DNA from: the human T2T-CHM13v2.0 reference genome, Homo sapiens | Length of the DNA stretch: 64,000 bases | Strand: one strand, 5' to 3' | NCBI RefSeq assembly: GCF_009914755.1 | Contig: NC_060945.1 | Part shown: piece by piece, positions 15,001 through 30,000 of the stretch | How positions within the stretch are numbered: position 1 is the stretch's first letter | Layout: each line of letters begins with the position of its first letter | Notes under the pieces: generated by a model | What the model was told of the DNA's origin: nothing | The model's input: the letters and a program-made list of their open reading frames with translations, nothing else | The model's database searches: none | Program-made: the position numbers and the translations under genes

Positions 15001-18000
15001 TTCGACTCCATTCCATTTGAGTCCATTCCATTCCATTCCATACAGTTCCATTCCATTTGAGTCCATTCCATTCCATTCCATACAGTTCCATTCCATTCCG
15101 TTCCATTCCATTCCATTCCATTCCATTATGTTCCATTCCATTCCATTCCATTCCATTCCATTCCATTCGCTTCCATTCCATTTTGTTCCATTCCATTTTG
15201 TTCCGTTCCATTCCATTCGAATCCATTCCATTCCATTCCATTCCATTTCATTCCATTCGACTGCATTCCATTCGAATCCATTCCATTCCATTCCATTCCA
15301 TTTCATTCCATTCGACTGCATTCCATTCGAATCAATTGTTTTGCAATCCCTTACATTCAAGTCTGTTCTATTCCAGGCCATTACATTCTGGTCCATTCCA
15401 TTCGATTCCATTCCATTTGATTCCATTCCATTCTATTGCATTCCATTCGATTCCATTCTATTCGAATAAATTCCATTCGAGACCATTTCTTTCGAGTCCA
15501 TTCCATTCGAGTCCATTACATTTGGGTCTATTCCGTTCCGTTCCATTCCATTCCAATCCATTCAATGTCATTCCATGTGATTCTATTCCATTAGACTCCA
15601 TTCCATTTCATTCCATTCCATCCGATTCCATTCCATTCTATTCCTTTCCATTCCATTCCATTCCATTCGTTTACAATCCATTTGAGCCCATTCAACTCCA
15701 GTGCCTTTCATTTGAGTCCATTCCATTGCATTCCATTCCATTCCACTCCATTCCATTCCATTCCAATTGATTCGATTCCCTTCCACTCAATTCCACTCCA
15801 TTTCATTCCATTGCATTCCATTCCATTCCATTCCATTCCATTCCTTTCCATTCCATTTGATTACATTCGATTCAAGTCCATTCTATTCGAATCTGTTACT
15901 TTTCAATCGATTATATTTGAGTCCGTTCTAATCCAGTCCATTCCATTCTGGTACGTTCCTTTTGATTGCATTCCATTCGAATACATTCCATACTATTGCA
16001 TTCCATTCGATTCCATTGTATTAGAATAAATTGCGTTCGAGACCTACCTTTCAAGTCCATTCTTTTTCAGCCCATTCCATTCAATTCCATTACATTTGGG
16101 TCCATTCCATTCCATTCCATTGCATTCGATGCTATTCCATTCGAATCTATTACTTTCGTGTATATTCCATTCCATTCCATTCCATTCCATTCCATTCTGT
16201 ATTTTTCCATTAAACTCCATTCCATTCTATTCCTGTCGATTGCATTCAATTCCATTCCATTCGATTCCTGTCCATTTGATTCCATTCCATTCAACTCCAT
16301 TCCATTCAAGTCCATTCCATTCCATTCCATTCAATTCCATTCCATTCGATTCCAATCCATTCAATTCCACTTTGTTCAAGTCGTTTCCAATAGAGTCCAT
16401 TCCATTCCAGTCCATTCCATTCGATTCCTTTCCATTCGATTCCATTCCATTCTATTCTGTTCCATCCGATTTCATTGCACTCTATTCCCTTCCCTTCCAT
16501 TCCATTCTATTCCATTCCATTCAATGCCATTCAATTCTATTCTATTCCTTTTGAGTCCATTCCATTCGAGTCCATACCATTTCAATCCATTCCATTCCAT
16601 AACATTCGATGCCATTCCATTCGATTCTACTCCATTAGATTCCATTCCATTCCATTCTGTTCCATCTGATTCCATTGCATTCTATTCCCTTCTCTTCCAT
16701 TCCCTTCTCTTCCATTCCATTCGATGCCATTCAATTCTATTCTATTCCCTTTGAATCCATTTCATTCGAGTCCATACCATTTCAATCCATTCCATTCCAT
16801 TCGATGCCATTCCATTCAATTCTATTCTATTTGACTCAGTTAAACTCCATTCCTTTCCATCCAATTCCTTTCCTTTCTATTCCTTTCCACTGCATTCCAA
16901 TCCATTCCATTCGATTCCATTCCATTCAATTCCATTCTTCTCCAGTCCATTCCTTTCGAGTCCATTCCATTGCAGTCCATTCCATTCGAGTCCATTCCAT
17001 TCCATTCCATTCGATAACTTTCCATTAATCTCCATTCCATTCTATTCCTTTCGATTCCATTCAATTCCATTCCATTCGATATCTTTCCATTACACTCCAT
17101 TCCATTCTGTTCCTTTCGATTCCATTCAATTCCACTCCATTCGATTCCATTCCACTCGATTCCATTCCATTCAACTCCATGCCGTTCATGTCCATTCCAT
17201 TCCATTCCGTTCCATTCTATTCCAATCCGTCACTTTCCATTTTGTTCCAGTCAATTCCACTCGAGTCCATTCCATTGCAGTCCATTCCATTCGAGTCCAT
17301 TCCATTCCATTCCATTCGATATCTTTCCATTACTCTCCATTCCATTCTATTCCTTTCGATTCCATTCAATTCCATTCCATTCGATATCTTTCCTTTACAC
17401 TCCATTCCATTCTATTCCTTTTGATTCCATTCAGTTCCATTCCATTCAATTCCATTCCATTCAATTCCATTCCATTCGACTCCATGCCATTCATGTCCAT
17501 TCCATTCCATTCCATTCCGTTCCATTTGATTCCAATACGTTACTTTCCATTTTGTTCCAGTCAATAACACTCGAGTACATTCCATTGCAGTCCATTCCAT
17601 TTGATTCCCTTCCATTCGATTCGATTAAATTCCATTTGATTCCATTCCACTAAATTTCATTCCATTCCATTCCATTGCATTCCATTCTATTCCATTCCAT
17701 TGCATTCCATTCTATTCCATTCCATTGCATTCCATTCCATTCCATTTGATTTCATTCCATTCAATTCCAAGGCATTCAAATGAATTACATTACAATCCAT
17801 TACATTCGAGTCCTTTCTATTCCAGTCCATTCCATTCTTGTCCATTCCATTTGATTCAACTCCATTCAATACCATTTGATACTATTGCACTCCTTTGGAT
17901 TCCATTCTATTTGAATAAATTCCATTCGAGACCATTCCTTTTGAGTCCATTCTATTTGAGTCCATTCCATTCGTGTCCATTACATTTGGGTCCGTTCCAT

Positions 18001-21000
18001 TGCATTCCATTCCATTCCTTTCTATTCCATTTGATACCATTACATTAGAATCTATTCCATTAGAGCCCATTCCATTCGAATGCATTCCATTCCATTCCAT
18101 TCCATGCCATTCGATTCGATTCTATTCTATTCGACTCCATTCCATTTCATTCGGTTCCATCTGATTCCACTCCATTCTTGCCCTTTCCATACCATTCCAT
18201 TCCATTGGTTTCCATTCCATTGGAGTCCATTCCACTCCATCCCATTCCATTCGAGTCCATTCCATTCCAGTCCATTTCATTTGAGTCCATTCCATTCCAT
18301 TCAATTCCACTTGATATCTTTCCTTTTCATTCCTTTCCATTCTTTTCCTTTCGATTCCATTCAATTCCATTCCATTCGATTCCATTCCACTGTATTCCTT
18401 TCCATTCGACTCCATTCCATTCGAATCCATTCCTTTTCATTCCATTCCATTCCATTCCTTTCTGTTCGACTTCATTCCGTTCGATTCCTATTTGTTGCAG
18501 TCCATTCCATTCGAGTCCATTCCATTCCAGTCCATTCAATTCGATTCCATTCCATTCGATTCCCTTCCATTTGATTCCATTCCACTCGTTTCCACTCCAT
18601 TGCATTCCATTGCATTCCATTCTATTCCATTCCATTGCATATCATTACATTTCCTATGATTACATTCCATTTGATTCCATTCAGCTCAAATCAATTGGAT
18701 TGCAATCTATTACATTCGAGTCCGTTCTATTCCAGTCCATTCCATTCTCGTCCATTACTTTCGATTCCATTCCATACTATTGCATTCCATTCGATTCCAC
18801 TGTATTCGAATAAATTCCATTCAAGACCATTCCTTTTTAATCCATTCTATTTGAGTCTATTACATTCAAGTCCATTACATTTGGGTCCATCCAATTCCAG
18901 TCCATACCATTCGATGTCATTCCATTCTATTCTATTCCATTCTACTCCATTCCATTCCATTAAATTCCATTCCATTCTGTTCCATTCGATTCCAATCCAT
19001 TACATTCCATTTTGTTCCAGTCAGTTCCACTCAAGTCCATTCCATTTTATTCCATTCAATTCCACTCGAGTACATTCCATTCCAGTCCATTCCATTCGAT
19101 TCCATTCCTTTCGATTCCATTCCATTCAATTCGATTAAATTCCATTTGATTCCATTCCACTCTATTCCATTCTGTTCCATTCCACTGCATGCCATTCTAT
19201 TCCATTCCTTTGCATTCCATTCCATTTCGTTTGATTACATTCCATTCAATTTCAAGGCATTCGAATCAATTACATTTCCATCCATTACATTCGAGTGTTT
19301 TCTATTCCAGTCCATTCCATTCCAGTCCATTCCATTTGATTAAATTCCATTCGATTCATTTAGATACTATTACATTCCTTTCGATTCCATTCTATTCGAA
19401 TAAATTCCATTCGAGACCATTCCTTTCGAGTCCATTCTATTTGACTGCATTCCATTCGTGTACATTACATCTGGGTCCGTTCCATTGCATTCCATTCCAT
19501 TCCTTTCCATTCCATTCCATGCCATTACTTTCGCTTCTATTCCATTAGAGTCCATTCCATTCGAGTCCATTCCATTCCATTCCATTCGATGTCATTCCAC
19601 ACGATTCTATTCCATTCGATTCCATTCCATTCCATTCAGTTCCATCCTATTCCATTCCATTGTAGTCCTTTCCATTCCATTCCATTCATTTCCTTTCCAT
19701 TCGAGCCCATTCCACTCCAGTCCATTTCATTCGAGTCCATTCCACTCCAGTCCATTTCATTCCATTCCATTCCGTTCAATTCCATTTGATATCTTTCCAT
19801 TTCACTCCGTTCCATTCCATTGCATTCTATTTAATTGCATTTCATTCCACTGCATTCCATTCGTGTCCATTCCTTTTCATTCCTTTCCATTCCATTGCAT
19901 TCTGTTCTACTTCAATCCATTCGATTCCATTTTCTTCCAGTCCATTCCATTCGAGTCCATTCCATTCCAGTCCATTTGATTTGATTCCATTCCATTTGAT
20001 TCCCTTCCTTTCGATTCCATTCCACTCAATTCCACTCCGTTCCTTTCCATTGAATTCCATTCCATTCCATTCCATTGCATACCATTGCATTCCATATGAT
20101 TTCATTCCATTTGATTCCATACAACTCAAATCAATTGGATTGCAATGAATTACAATCGAAACCATTTTATTCCAGTCCATTCCATTCTGGTCCATTCCAT
20201 TTAATTCCATTCCATACTATTGCGTTCCATTTGATTGCACTGTATTCGAATAAATTCCATTAGAGACCATTCCTTTTTAATAAATTATATTTGAGTCTAT
20301 TGCATTCGAGTTCAATACATTTGGGTCCATCCAATTCCATTCCATTCCATTCGATGCCATTGCATTCGATTCTATTCCATTCGAGTCCATTCCATTTGAT
20401 TCCATTCCGTTCCATTCCATTCCATTCGATCACATTCCTTTCGATTCCATTCTGCTCCAGTCCATTCCATTCGAGTACTTTCCATTCGAGTCCGTTCCAT
20501 TGGAATCCATTCCATTCCATTCCATTGCTTTCGATATCTTTCCATTACACTCCATTCCATTCTATTTCTTAAGATTCAATTCAATTCCATTCCTTTCTGT
20601 TTCGTTCCATTTGACTCCATTCCATTCAAGTCCATTCCATTTCATTCCATTCTGTCCGATTCAATTCCGTTCAATTCCATTTTGATCCAATCCAATCCGT
20701 TCGAGTCCATTCTATTTGTTTCCCTTCCATTCCATTCCATTCCTTTCGATGCCATTCCATTCAATTCTATTCAAGTCCATTCCGTCTGAGTCCATTCGAT
20801 TCCATTCCAATCCACTCCATTCCATTAGATGCCATTCCATTTGATTCTAATCCACTCAACTCCATTCCATTCCATTCCTTTCCATCCGATTCCATTCCGT
20901 TCTATTCCTTTCCATTCCATTCCATTCCATTCCATTCATTTCCATTGCTTTTGAGTTTTTTCCTCTCCAGTCCATTCCATTCGAGTCCATTCCATTGCAA

Positions 21001-24000
21001 TCCACTTGATTCGAGTCCATTCCATTCCATTACTTTCATTCGATAACTTTCCTTTACACTCCATTCCTTTCTATTCCTTTCTATTCATTTCGATTCTATT
21101 CAATTCTATTCCATTCGATTCCATTCCATTCTACTGCATTCCTTTCTAGTCCATTCCATTCCATTCGATATCTTTCCATTACACTCCATTCCACTCTATT
21201 CCTTTCAATTCCTTTCAGTTGCATTCCATTCTAGTCCATTCCATTAAAATCCACTCCATTCGATTCCATTCCATTCCATTCCTTTTGATTCGATATCTTT
21301 CCTTTACACTCCATTCCTTTCTATTCCTTTCGGTTCTATTCAATTCCATTCCATTCGATTCCATTCCATTCGATTCCATTTCATTCGACTCCATTCCATT
21401 CGAGTCCATTCCATTCCATTCAATTCCATTCGATATCTTCCATTCCATTCCATTCCATTCTATTCCTTTGAATTCCATTCAATTCAATTCCATTCGAGTC
21501 CATTCTATTGCATTCCATTCCATTCCGTTCTGTTCGATTCCAATCCATTCGATTCTACTTTGTTCCAGTCCATTCCATTCGAATCCATTCCCTTCCAGTG
21601 CATCCCATTTGATTCCATTCCATTCGACTCCATTCCACTCGATTCCACTCCGTTCCATTCTATTACATTCTATTCTATTCCATTCCATTGCATTCCATTC
21701 CATTCCATTTTATTACACTCCTTTCGATTCCATTCCATTTGAATCAATTACATTGTAATCCATTACATTCGATTCCATTCTATTCCAGTCCATTCCATTC
21801 CTGTCCATTCCATTTCGTTAGATTACATTTGATTCCATTAAATACTATTGCAGTCTATTCAATTCCATTCTATTAGAATAAATTCCTTTCGAGACCATTC
21901 CTTTCGAGTCCATTCTATTTGAGTCCATTTCTTTCGACTCCATTACATTTGGGTCCATTCCATTCCATTCCTTTCCAGTCCATTACATTGCAGTCGCTGC
22001 CAGTCCATTCGATTCTATTCCATTTGAGTCCATTACATTTGGGTCCATTCCATTCCACTCCATTCCATTCGATTCTATTCCATTTGAGTCCATTCCATTC
22101 GGGTCCATTCCATTCGATGCCATTCCATTCGAGTCCATTTCACTCCAGTCGATTCCATTCGATGCCATTCCATTCGAGTCCATTTCATTCGAATCCATTC
22201 CATTGCATTCCATTCGATGCCATTCCATTCGATTCTATTCCATTCGACTCCATTCCCTTTCTTTCCATTCCATGAAATTCCATTCCATTCTATTCCTTTC
22301 CATTCCATTCCAATGTATTACATTCCATTCCGTTCGTGTCCATTCCACTCCAGTCCATTCCATTCGAGTCCATTCCATTCCAGTGCATTCCATTCGAGTC
22401 AATTCCATTTAATTCCATTAGACATTTTTCCGTTTCACTCCATTTAATTCTGTTTCTTTCGTTTCCAATCAATTCCATTCCATTTGATTCCGTTACATTC
22501 GATTCCATTCCATTCTACTCCATTCCTTTTGACTCCATTTCTTTCCATTTCATTGCATTCCGTTCCGTTCGTTGCCAATGCGTTTGATTCCATTTTGTTC
22601 CTGTCCATTCCATTCGAGTCCATTCCATTCGAGTCCATTCCATTAGATTCCATTCCATTCGATTCCATGCCACTCGACTCCACTCTGTTCCATTCCATTG
22701 CGTTGCCTTCTATTCCATTTCTTTGCATTCCATTCCATTCCAGTGCATTCCATTCGTTTCCATTCTATTAGACTCCATTCCACTCCAGTTCATTCCTTTC
22801 GAGTCCATTACATTCCAGTCCATTCCACTCGAATCCAATCCATTCCATTCCATTCGACATCTTTCCATTACACTCCATTCCATTCTATTAATTTTGATTC
22901 TAATCAATTCCATTCCAATAGAACACCTTCCTTTCGATTCCATTCCTTTCGACTCCTTTCCATTCGAGTCCATTCTATTCCATTCCATTAAATTCCATTC
23001 CTTTGATTACATTCCATTCGATTCCATTCCACTCGATTCCACTCCGTTACATTTTATTGCATTCCGTTCTATTCCATTCCATTGAGTACCATTCCATTCT
23101 ATTCTATTCCATTCGAGTCGATTTCTTTAGAGCCCATTCCATTCCATTCCATTCGATGTCATTCCGTTTGATTCTTTTCCATTTGAATCCATTCCATTCC
23201 ATTCTGTTCCATCCGTTTCCATTCCATTCTGTTCCATCCATTTCCATTCCATTCTATTCCTTTCCATTCCATTCCATTCCATTTGTTTCCATTTCATTCG
23301 ATTCATTCTATTCGAATAAATTCCATTAGAGACCGTTCCTTTCGAGTCCATTCTGTTTGAGTCTATTCCATTCCAGTCCATTACATTTGGTTCCATTCCA
23401 TTCCCTTCCATTCCTTTCCATTCCATACGTTGCCATTCCATTCATTTCTATTCCATTCGACTCCATTCCATTCCATTCCATTCCATCCGATTCTATTTCA
23501 TTCTATTCCTTTCCATTCCACTCCATTCCATTCGTGTCCATTCCATTTGAGTCCGTTCCAATCCAGTCCATTCCATTCGACTCCATTACACTCCAGTCCA
23601 TTCCATTTGAATCCATTCCATTCCAGTCCATTCCATTCAAGTCCATTCCATTCCATGCCATTCCATTCGATATCTTTCCATTACAATCCTTTCCATTCTA
23701 TTCTTTTTATTCCGTTCAATTCCATTCCATGTAATTCCATTCCATTCGATTCCATTCCATTCGACTCCATTCCGTTTGAGACCATTACATTCCATTTCGT
23801 TCAATTTGATTGCAATCCGTTCGATTCCATTTTGTTCCAGTATATTCCGTTCAAGTCCATTCAATTCCAGTCCATTCCATTCGATTCCAGTCCATTCGAT
23901 TCCATTCCATTCCAATTGATTCTTCTCCGTTCCATTACATTGCATTCCATTCTATACCATTCCATTCCTTTTGGTTACATTAAATTCGATTTCATTCCAT

Positions 24001-27000
24001 TCGAGTCAATTACTTTGCAATCCATTACATTCGAGTCCGTTCTATTCCAGTCCATTCCATTCGATTCCATTCCATTGCATTCCATTCCATACTATTGCAT
24101 TCCATTTGGTCCCAAAGTTTTCGAATAAATTCCATTCGAGGCCATTCCTTTAGAGTCCATTCTACTTGAGTCCATTCCATTCGAGTCCATTACATTTGGA
24201 TCCATTTCATTCCATCCCAATCCATTCCATTCCATTCGGATCCATTTCATTCCATTCCATTCCATTCGATGCCATTCCATACAATTATGTTCCATAGGTG
24301 TCCATTCCTTTCGAATCCATTCCATTCCATTCCATTCCGTTCCATGAGATTACAATCCATTCGATTGCATTCCATTCAAATCAATTACTTTTCAATGCCT
24401 TAAATTGTAGTCTGTTCCATTCCAGTCCATTCCATTCCTGTCCATTCCTTTCGATTCCATTCCATACTATTGCATTCAATTTGATTCCATTCTCTTCGAA
24501 TAAATTCCATTCAAGACAATTCCTCTTGAGTCCATTCCATTCGAATCAATTCCATTCAATTCCATTCCATTCGTTTCCATTCCTCTCGATTCCACTCCAT
24601 TCCATTCTATTGCATTCCATTCTGTTCCATTCCCTTGCATTCCTTTCCATTCCATTTGACTACATTAAATTCAATTCCATTTCATTTGAGTCAATTACAT
24701 TGCAATCCATTACATTCGAGTGTGTTGTATTCCAGTTCATTCCATTCCATTCCATTCCATTCCATTGGATTCTATTCCATACTATTTCATTCCTTTCAAA
24801 TCCATGCTATTCGAATAAATTCCATTCAAGACCATTCCCTTCCAATCCATTCTATTTCAGTCCCTTCAATTCGAGTCCATTGCAATGGGGTCCATTCCAT
24901 TTGTTTCCATTCCATTCACTTCGATGCCATTCCATTCCATTCTATTCCACTTGAGTCCATTCCGTTCGAGTCCATTCCATTCCATTCCACTCCATTCCAT
25001 TCAATTCCATTGCATTCAATTCTATTCCATTCGACTCCATTCCATTACATTCCATTCCATCCGATTACATTCCATTCCACCCGATTCCATTCCATTCTAT
25101 TCCTTTCCATTCCATTCCATTCATTCCATTCCATTCCATTCCATATTTCCATTCCATTCGATTCCATTCCACTCCAGGACATTACATTCCAGTCCATACC
25201 ATTAGAGTCCATTCCATTAGAGTCCATTTCATTACATTCCATTCCATTTGATATATTTCCTTTCCATTCCATTCCATTCCATTGTATTCCTTTCGATTCC
25301 ATTCAACTCTACACCATTCTATTGCATTTCATTCAACTCCATTCCATTCGATTCCATTCCAATCCATTCCATTAAATTTCGTTCTGTTCGATTCCAATCC
25401 GTTCAATTCCTTTTTTTCCGGTCCATTCCATTCGAGTCCATTCCATTCCAGGCCATTCCAATCGGTTCCATTCCACTCGATTACATTCCATTTGATTCCA
25501 TTCCATTTGATTCCACTCCATTCCATTCCATTGCATTCCATTCTATTTCATTCCATTCCATTTGATTACATTCGATTCGATTCTATTCCCTTCAAATCAA
25601 TTACATTTCAGTCCAATACATTCGAGTCCGTTCTATTCCATTCCATTCCATTCCATTCTGTTCCATTCCTTTTGATTCCATTCCATTCCATTCCCTTCCA
25701 TACTGTTCCATTACATTCGACTCTATTCTATTTGAATAAATTCCATTCGAAGCCAATTCTTTCAAGTCCATTTTTTTTAGTCCCTTCCATTCGAGTCCAT
25801 TACATTTGGGTCAATTGCATTCCATTCCTTTCCATTCCATTTGATGCCATTCCATTCGATTCTATTCCATTCGAGTCCATTCCTTTCCAGTCCATTCCAT
25901 TCGTTGCCATTCGATTCGATTCTATTCCATTCCACTCCATTCCATTACGTTCCATCCGATTCCAATCCATTCTATTCCTTTCCATTCCAATCCAATCTGC
26001 TCGATTCCATTCCATTCATTGCGATCCATTTCATTCGTTTCATTTCCATTCGCGTCATTTCCACTCCACTCCATTCCATTAGAGTCCATTCAATTCCACT
26101 ACATTCCATTTGACTCCTTTCCATTCGATTTCTTTCCATTAAAACCATTCCATTCTATTCCTTTGGATTCTATTAAATTCCATTCTTTTCCATTCCATTC
26201 CATACCATTCCATTCCATTCCATTTGACTCCATTTCATTCGAGTCCATTCCATTCAATTCCATTCTGTTCCATTCTATTCCAATCTATTCAATTCCACTT
26301 TCTTCCAGTCCAATCCATTCGAGTCCATTACATTCCAATCCATTCCAATCGATTCCATTCCTTTCTATTCCATTCCGTTGAATTCCATTCCATTCGATTC
26401 CAGTCCAATCCATTCCACTGCATTATTTTCTATTCCATTCCAATGCATTCCATTCCACTCCGTTTGATCACATTCCATTCGATTCCATTCCATTCAAATC
26501 AATTACATTACAAACCATTACGTATGATTCCATTCTATTCCTGTCCATTCCATTCCTGTCCATTACATTTGATTCTATTCCATTAGAATCCATTCCATAC
26601 TATTGCATTCCATTCGATTCCATTCTATTCGAATAAATTCCATTCGAGACCATTCCTTTTGAGTTCATTCCTTTTGAGTCCATTCCATTTGAGTACGTTA
26701 CATTTGGTTCCATTCCGTTCCATTCCATTCCATTCCATTAGATGCCATTCCATTTGATTCTAATCCATTCGAGTCCATTCCATTCGACTTCATTCCATTC
26801 CATTCAATTCCATTCCATTCAATTCCATTCCATTTCATTCCATTCCATTCCATTTCATTCCATTCCATTCCATTTCATTCCATTCCATTCCATTTCATTC
26901 CATTCCATTTCATTCCATTCCATTCCATTTCATTCCATTCCATTCCATTTCATTCCATTCCATTCCATTTCATTCCATTCCATTCCATTCGAAGCAATTC

Positions 27001-30000
27001 CTTTGGATTCTATTCCGTTCAACTCCATTCCATTTCATTCCATTTCAACCGATTCCATTCCATTTCATTCCATTCCATCCGATTCCATTCCATTCCATTC
27101 CACCCGATTCCATTCCATTCCATTCCACTCGTTTCCATTACATTCGTGTCCATTCCACTCCAGTCCATTCCATTTGAGTAAACTGCAATCCAGTCCATTC
27201 CATTGAAGTCCATACCATTCTATTTGATATCTTTCCATTACACTCCCTTACATTCCATTCCATTCGATGCCATTTCATTCCATTCCATTCCATTCGAGTC
27301 CATTCCATTAGAGACCATTTCATTCCATTGTGTTCCATCCCTTCCGCTTCCATTCCATTCCATTCCATTTCATTCCATTCCATTCGTGTTCATTACATTC
27401 GAGACCATTCCACTCCAGTCCATTAAATTCAAGACCATTCCATTCCAGTCCATTCCATTCCGTTCTGCTCAATTCCAATGCGTTCAATTCCATTATGTGC
27501 CAGTCCAGTCCATTCCAGTCCATTCCATTCGATTCCATTCCATTTGATTCTATTCCATACTATTGCATTCCATTCGATTCCATTCTTTTGAATAAATTGC
27601 ATTCGAGTCCATTCCTTTTGGGTCCATTCTATTTGAGTCCATTCCATACGAGTCCATTATATTTGGGTCCATTCCACACTATTCCATTCCATTCCATTCC
27701 ATTCCATTCCATTCCATGCCCTTCCATTCCATTCTATTCCATTGAGTCCACTCCATTCGAGTTCATTCCATTCCATTCCATTTGATGCCATACTATTCTA
27801 TACTATTCCATTTGACTCCATTCCATTCCATTCCATTGGATGCCATATCATTCTATTCTATTCCATTTGACTCCATTCCATTCCATTACTTTCCATCCGA
27901 TTCCATTCCTTTCTATTCCTTTTCATTCCGTTCCCTTCCATTGCGTTGCATTCCATTCCATTCCATTGGTTTCCATTCCATTTGCGTTCATTCAACTCCA
28001 GTACATTCCATTCGATTCCATTCCCTTCGACTCCCTTCCAATCGAGTCCATTCCATTCCATTCAATTCCTTTCAGTTTGATTCCAATCCGTTCAATTCCA
28101 TTTTGTTCCAGTCCATTCCATTTGAATCCTTTCCATTCCAGTCCATTCCTTTCAATTCCATTCCATTCGAAGCCATTCCATTGGATTCTATTCCATTCAA
28201 CTCCATTCCATTCCATATCATTCCATCCGATTCCATTCCATTCTATTCCTTTATATTTCATTCCCTTCCTTTCCATTCCATGACATTCCATTCGTCTCCA
28301 TTCCATTCGAGCCCATTCCTCTCCAGTCCATTCCATTCGCGTGAATTCCATTACAGTCCTTTCCATTCCATTACTTTCCATTCAATATCTTTCCATTGCA
28401 CTCCATTCCATTCTCTTCCTTTCGATTCCATTCAATTCCATTCCATTCGGTTCGATTCCATACTATTGCATTCCATTCAATTCCATTCCATTCGTATAAA
28501 TTACATTCGAGACCATTTCTTTCGAGTCCATTATATTTGAGCCCATTCCATTCGATTCCACTACATTTGGGTCCATACCATTCCATTCCATTCCATTCCA
28601 TTCCATTCGATCCCAAACCATTTTTTTTCTATTCCATTCGAGTCCATTCCAATCAAGTCCAATCCATTCCATTTGATGAAATTCCATTCGATTATATTCC
28701 ATTCGAGTTGATTTCATTCCATTTGGTTCCATCCGATTACATTCCATTCTATTCCGTTCCTTTCCATTCCATTCCATTCCATTCTTTTCCAATCCATGCG
28801 AATCCATTCCTCTCCAGTCCATTCCATTCGTGTCCCTTCCATTCCAGTCCATGCCTTTCGAGTCCATTCCATTCCATTCCCTTCAATGTCTTTCAATTAC
28901 ACTCCATTCCATTCTATTTCATTCGATTCCATTCAATTCAACTCTATTCGATTCCCTTCACTTCGATTCCAATCCATTCGACTCCATTCCATTCGAGTCC
29001 ATTTCATTCCATTCCAATGCATTCTGTTCCTTTCCATACCAATCCGTTTGATTCCATTTAGTTCCAGTACATTGCATTCGAGTCCATTCCATTCCATTCC
29101 ATTCGAAGCCATTGCATTCGATTTTATTGCATTGAACTCCATTCCATTCCATTCCTTTCCATCCGATTCCATTCCATTTTAGTCCTTTCCATTCCATTCC
29201 ATTCTATTCGTTTAAATTCCAATTGAGTCCATTCCACTCCAGTCCATTCCATTTGAGTCCATTGCGTTCCAGTCCATTCCATTCGAGTCCATTCCTCTCC
29301 ATTCCTTTCCATTTGATATCTTTCCATTGCACTCCATTCCTTTCTATTCCTTTCGATTCTGTTCAATTCCATTCCATTCGATTCCAATCCATACTATTGC
29401 ATTCCATTCAATTCCATTCTATCATATAAATTACATTCGAGACCATTTATTTCGAGTCCATTCAATTTGAGCCCATTCAAGTCCATTACTTTTGGGTCCA
29501 TTCCATTCTGTTCCATTCCATTCCATTCGATCCCATTACATTTGTTTCTATTCCATTCGAGTCCATTCCAATCGAGTCCATTCCATTCCATTCATTGAAA
29601 TTCCATTCGATTCTATTTCATTCGAGTTGATACCATTCCATTCCGTTCAATCTGATTCCATTCCATTCTATTCCATTCCATTCCATTCCATTCCATTCCA
29701 TTCCATTCGTTTCCATGCCATTTCAATCCATTCCACTCCAGTCCATTCCTTTCGAGTCCATTCCATTCCAGTCCATTGCATTCAAGTCCATTCCATTCCA
29801 TTCCATTCGAAGCCATTGCATTCAAATTTATTCCATTCGACTCCATTCCATTCCATTCCGTTCCATCCGATTCCATTCCATTCTATTCCTTTCCATTCCA
29901 TTTTCTTCCATTACATTCATTTCCATTCCATTCCTGTCCATTCCACTCCAGTCCATTCCATTTGTTTCCGCTCCATTCCAGTACATTCCATTCGAGTACG

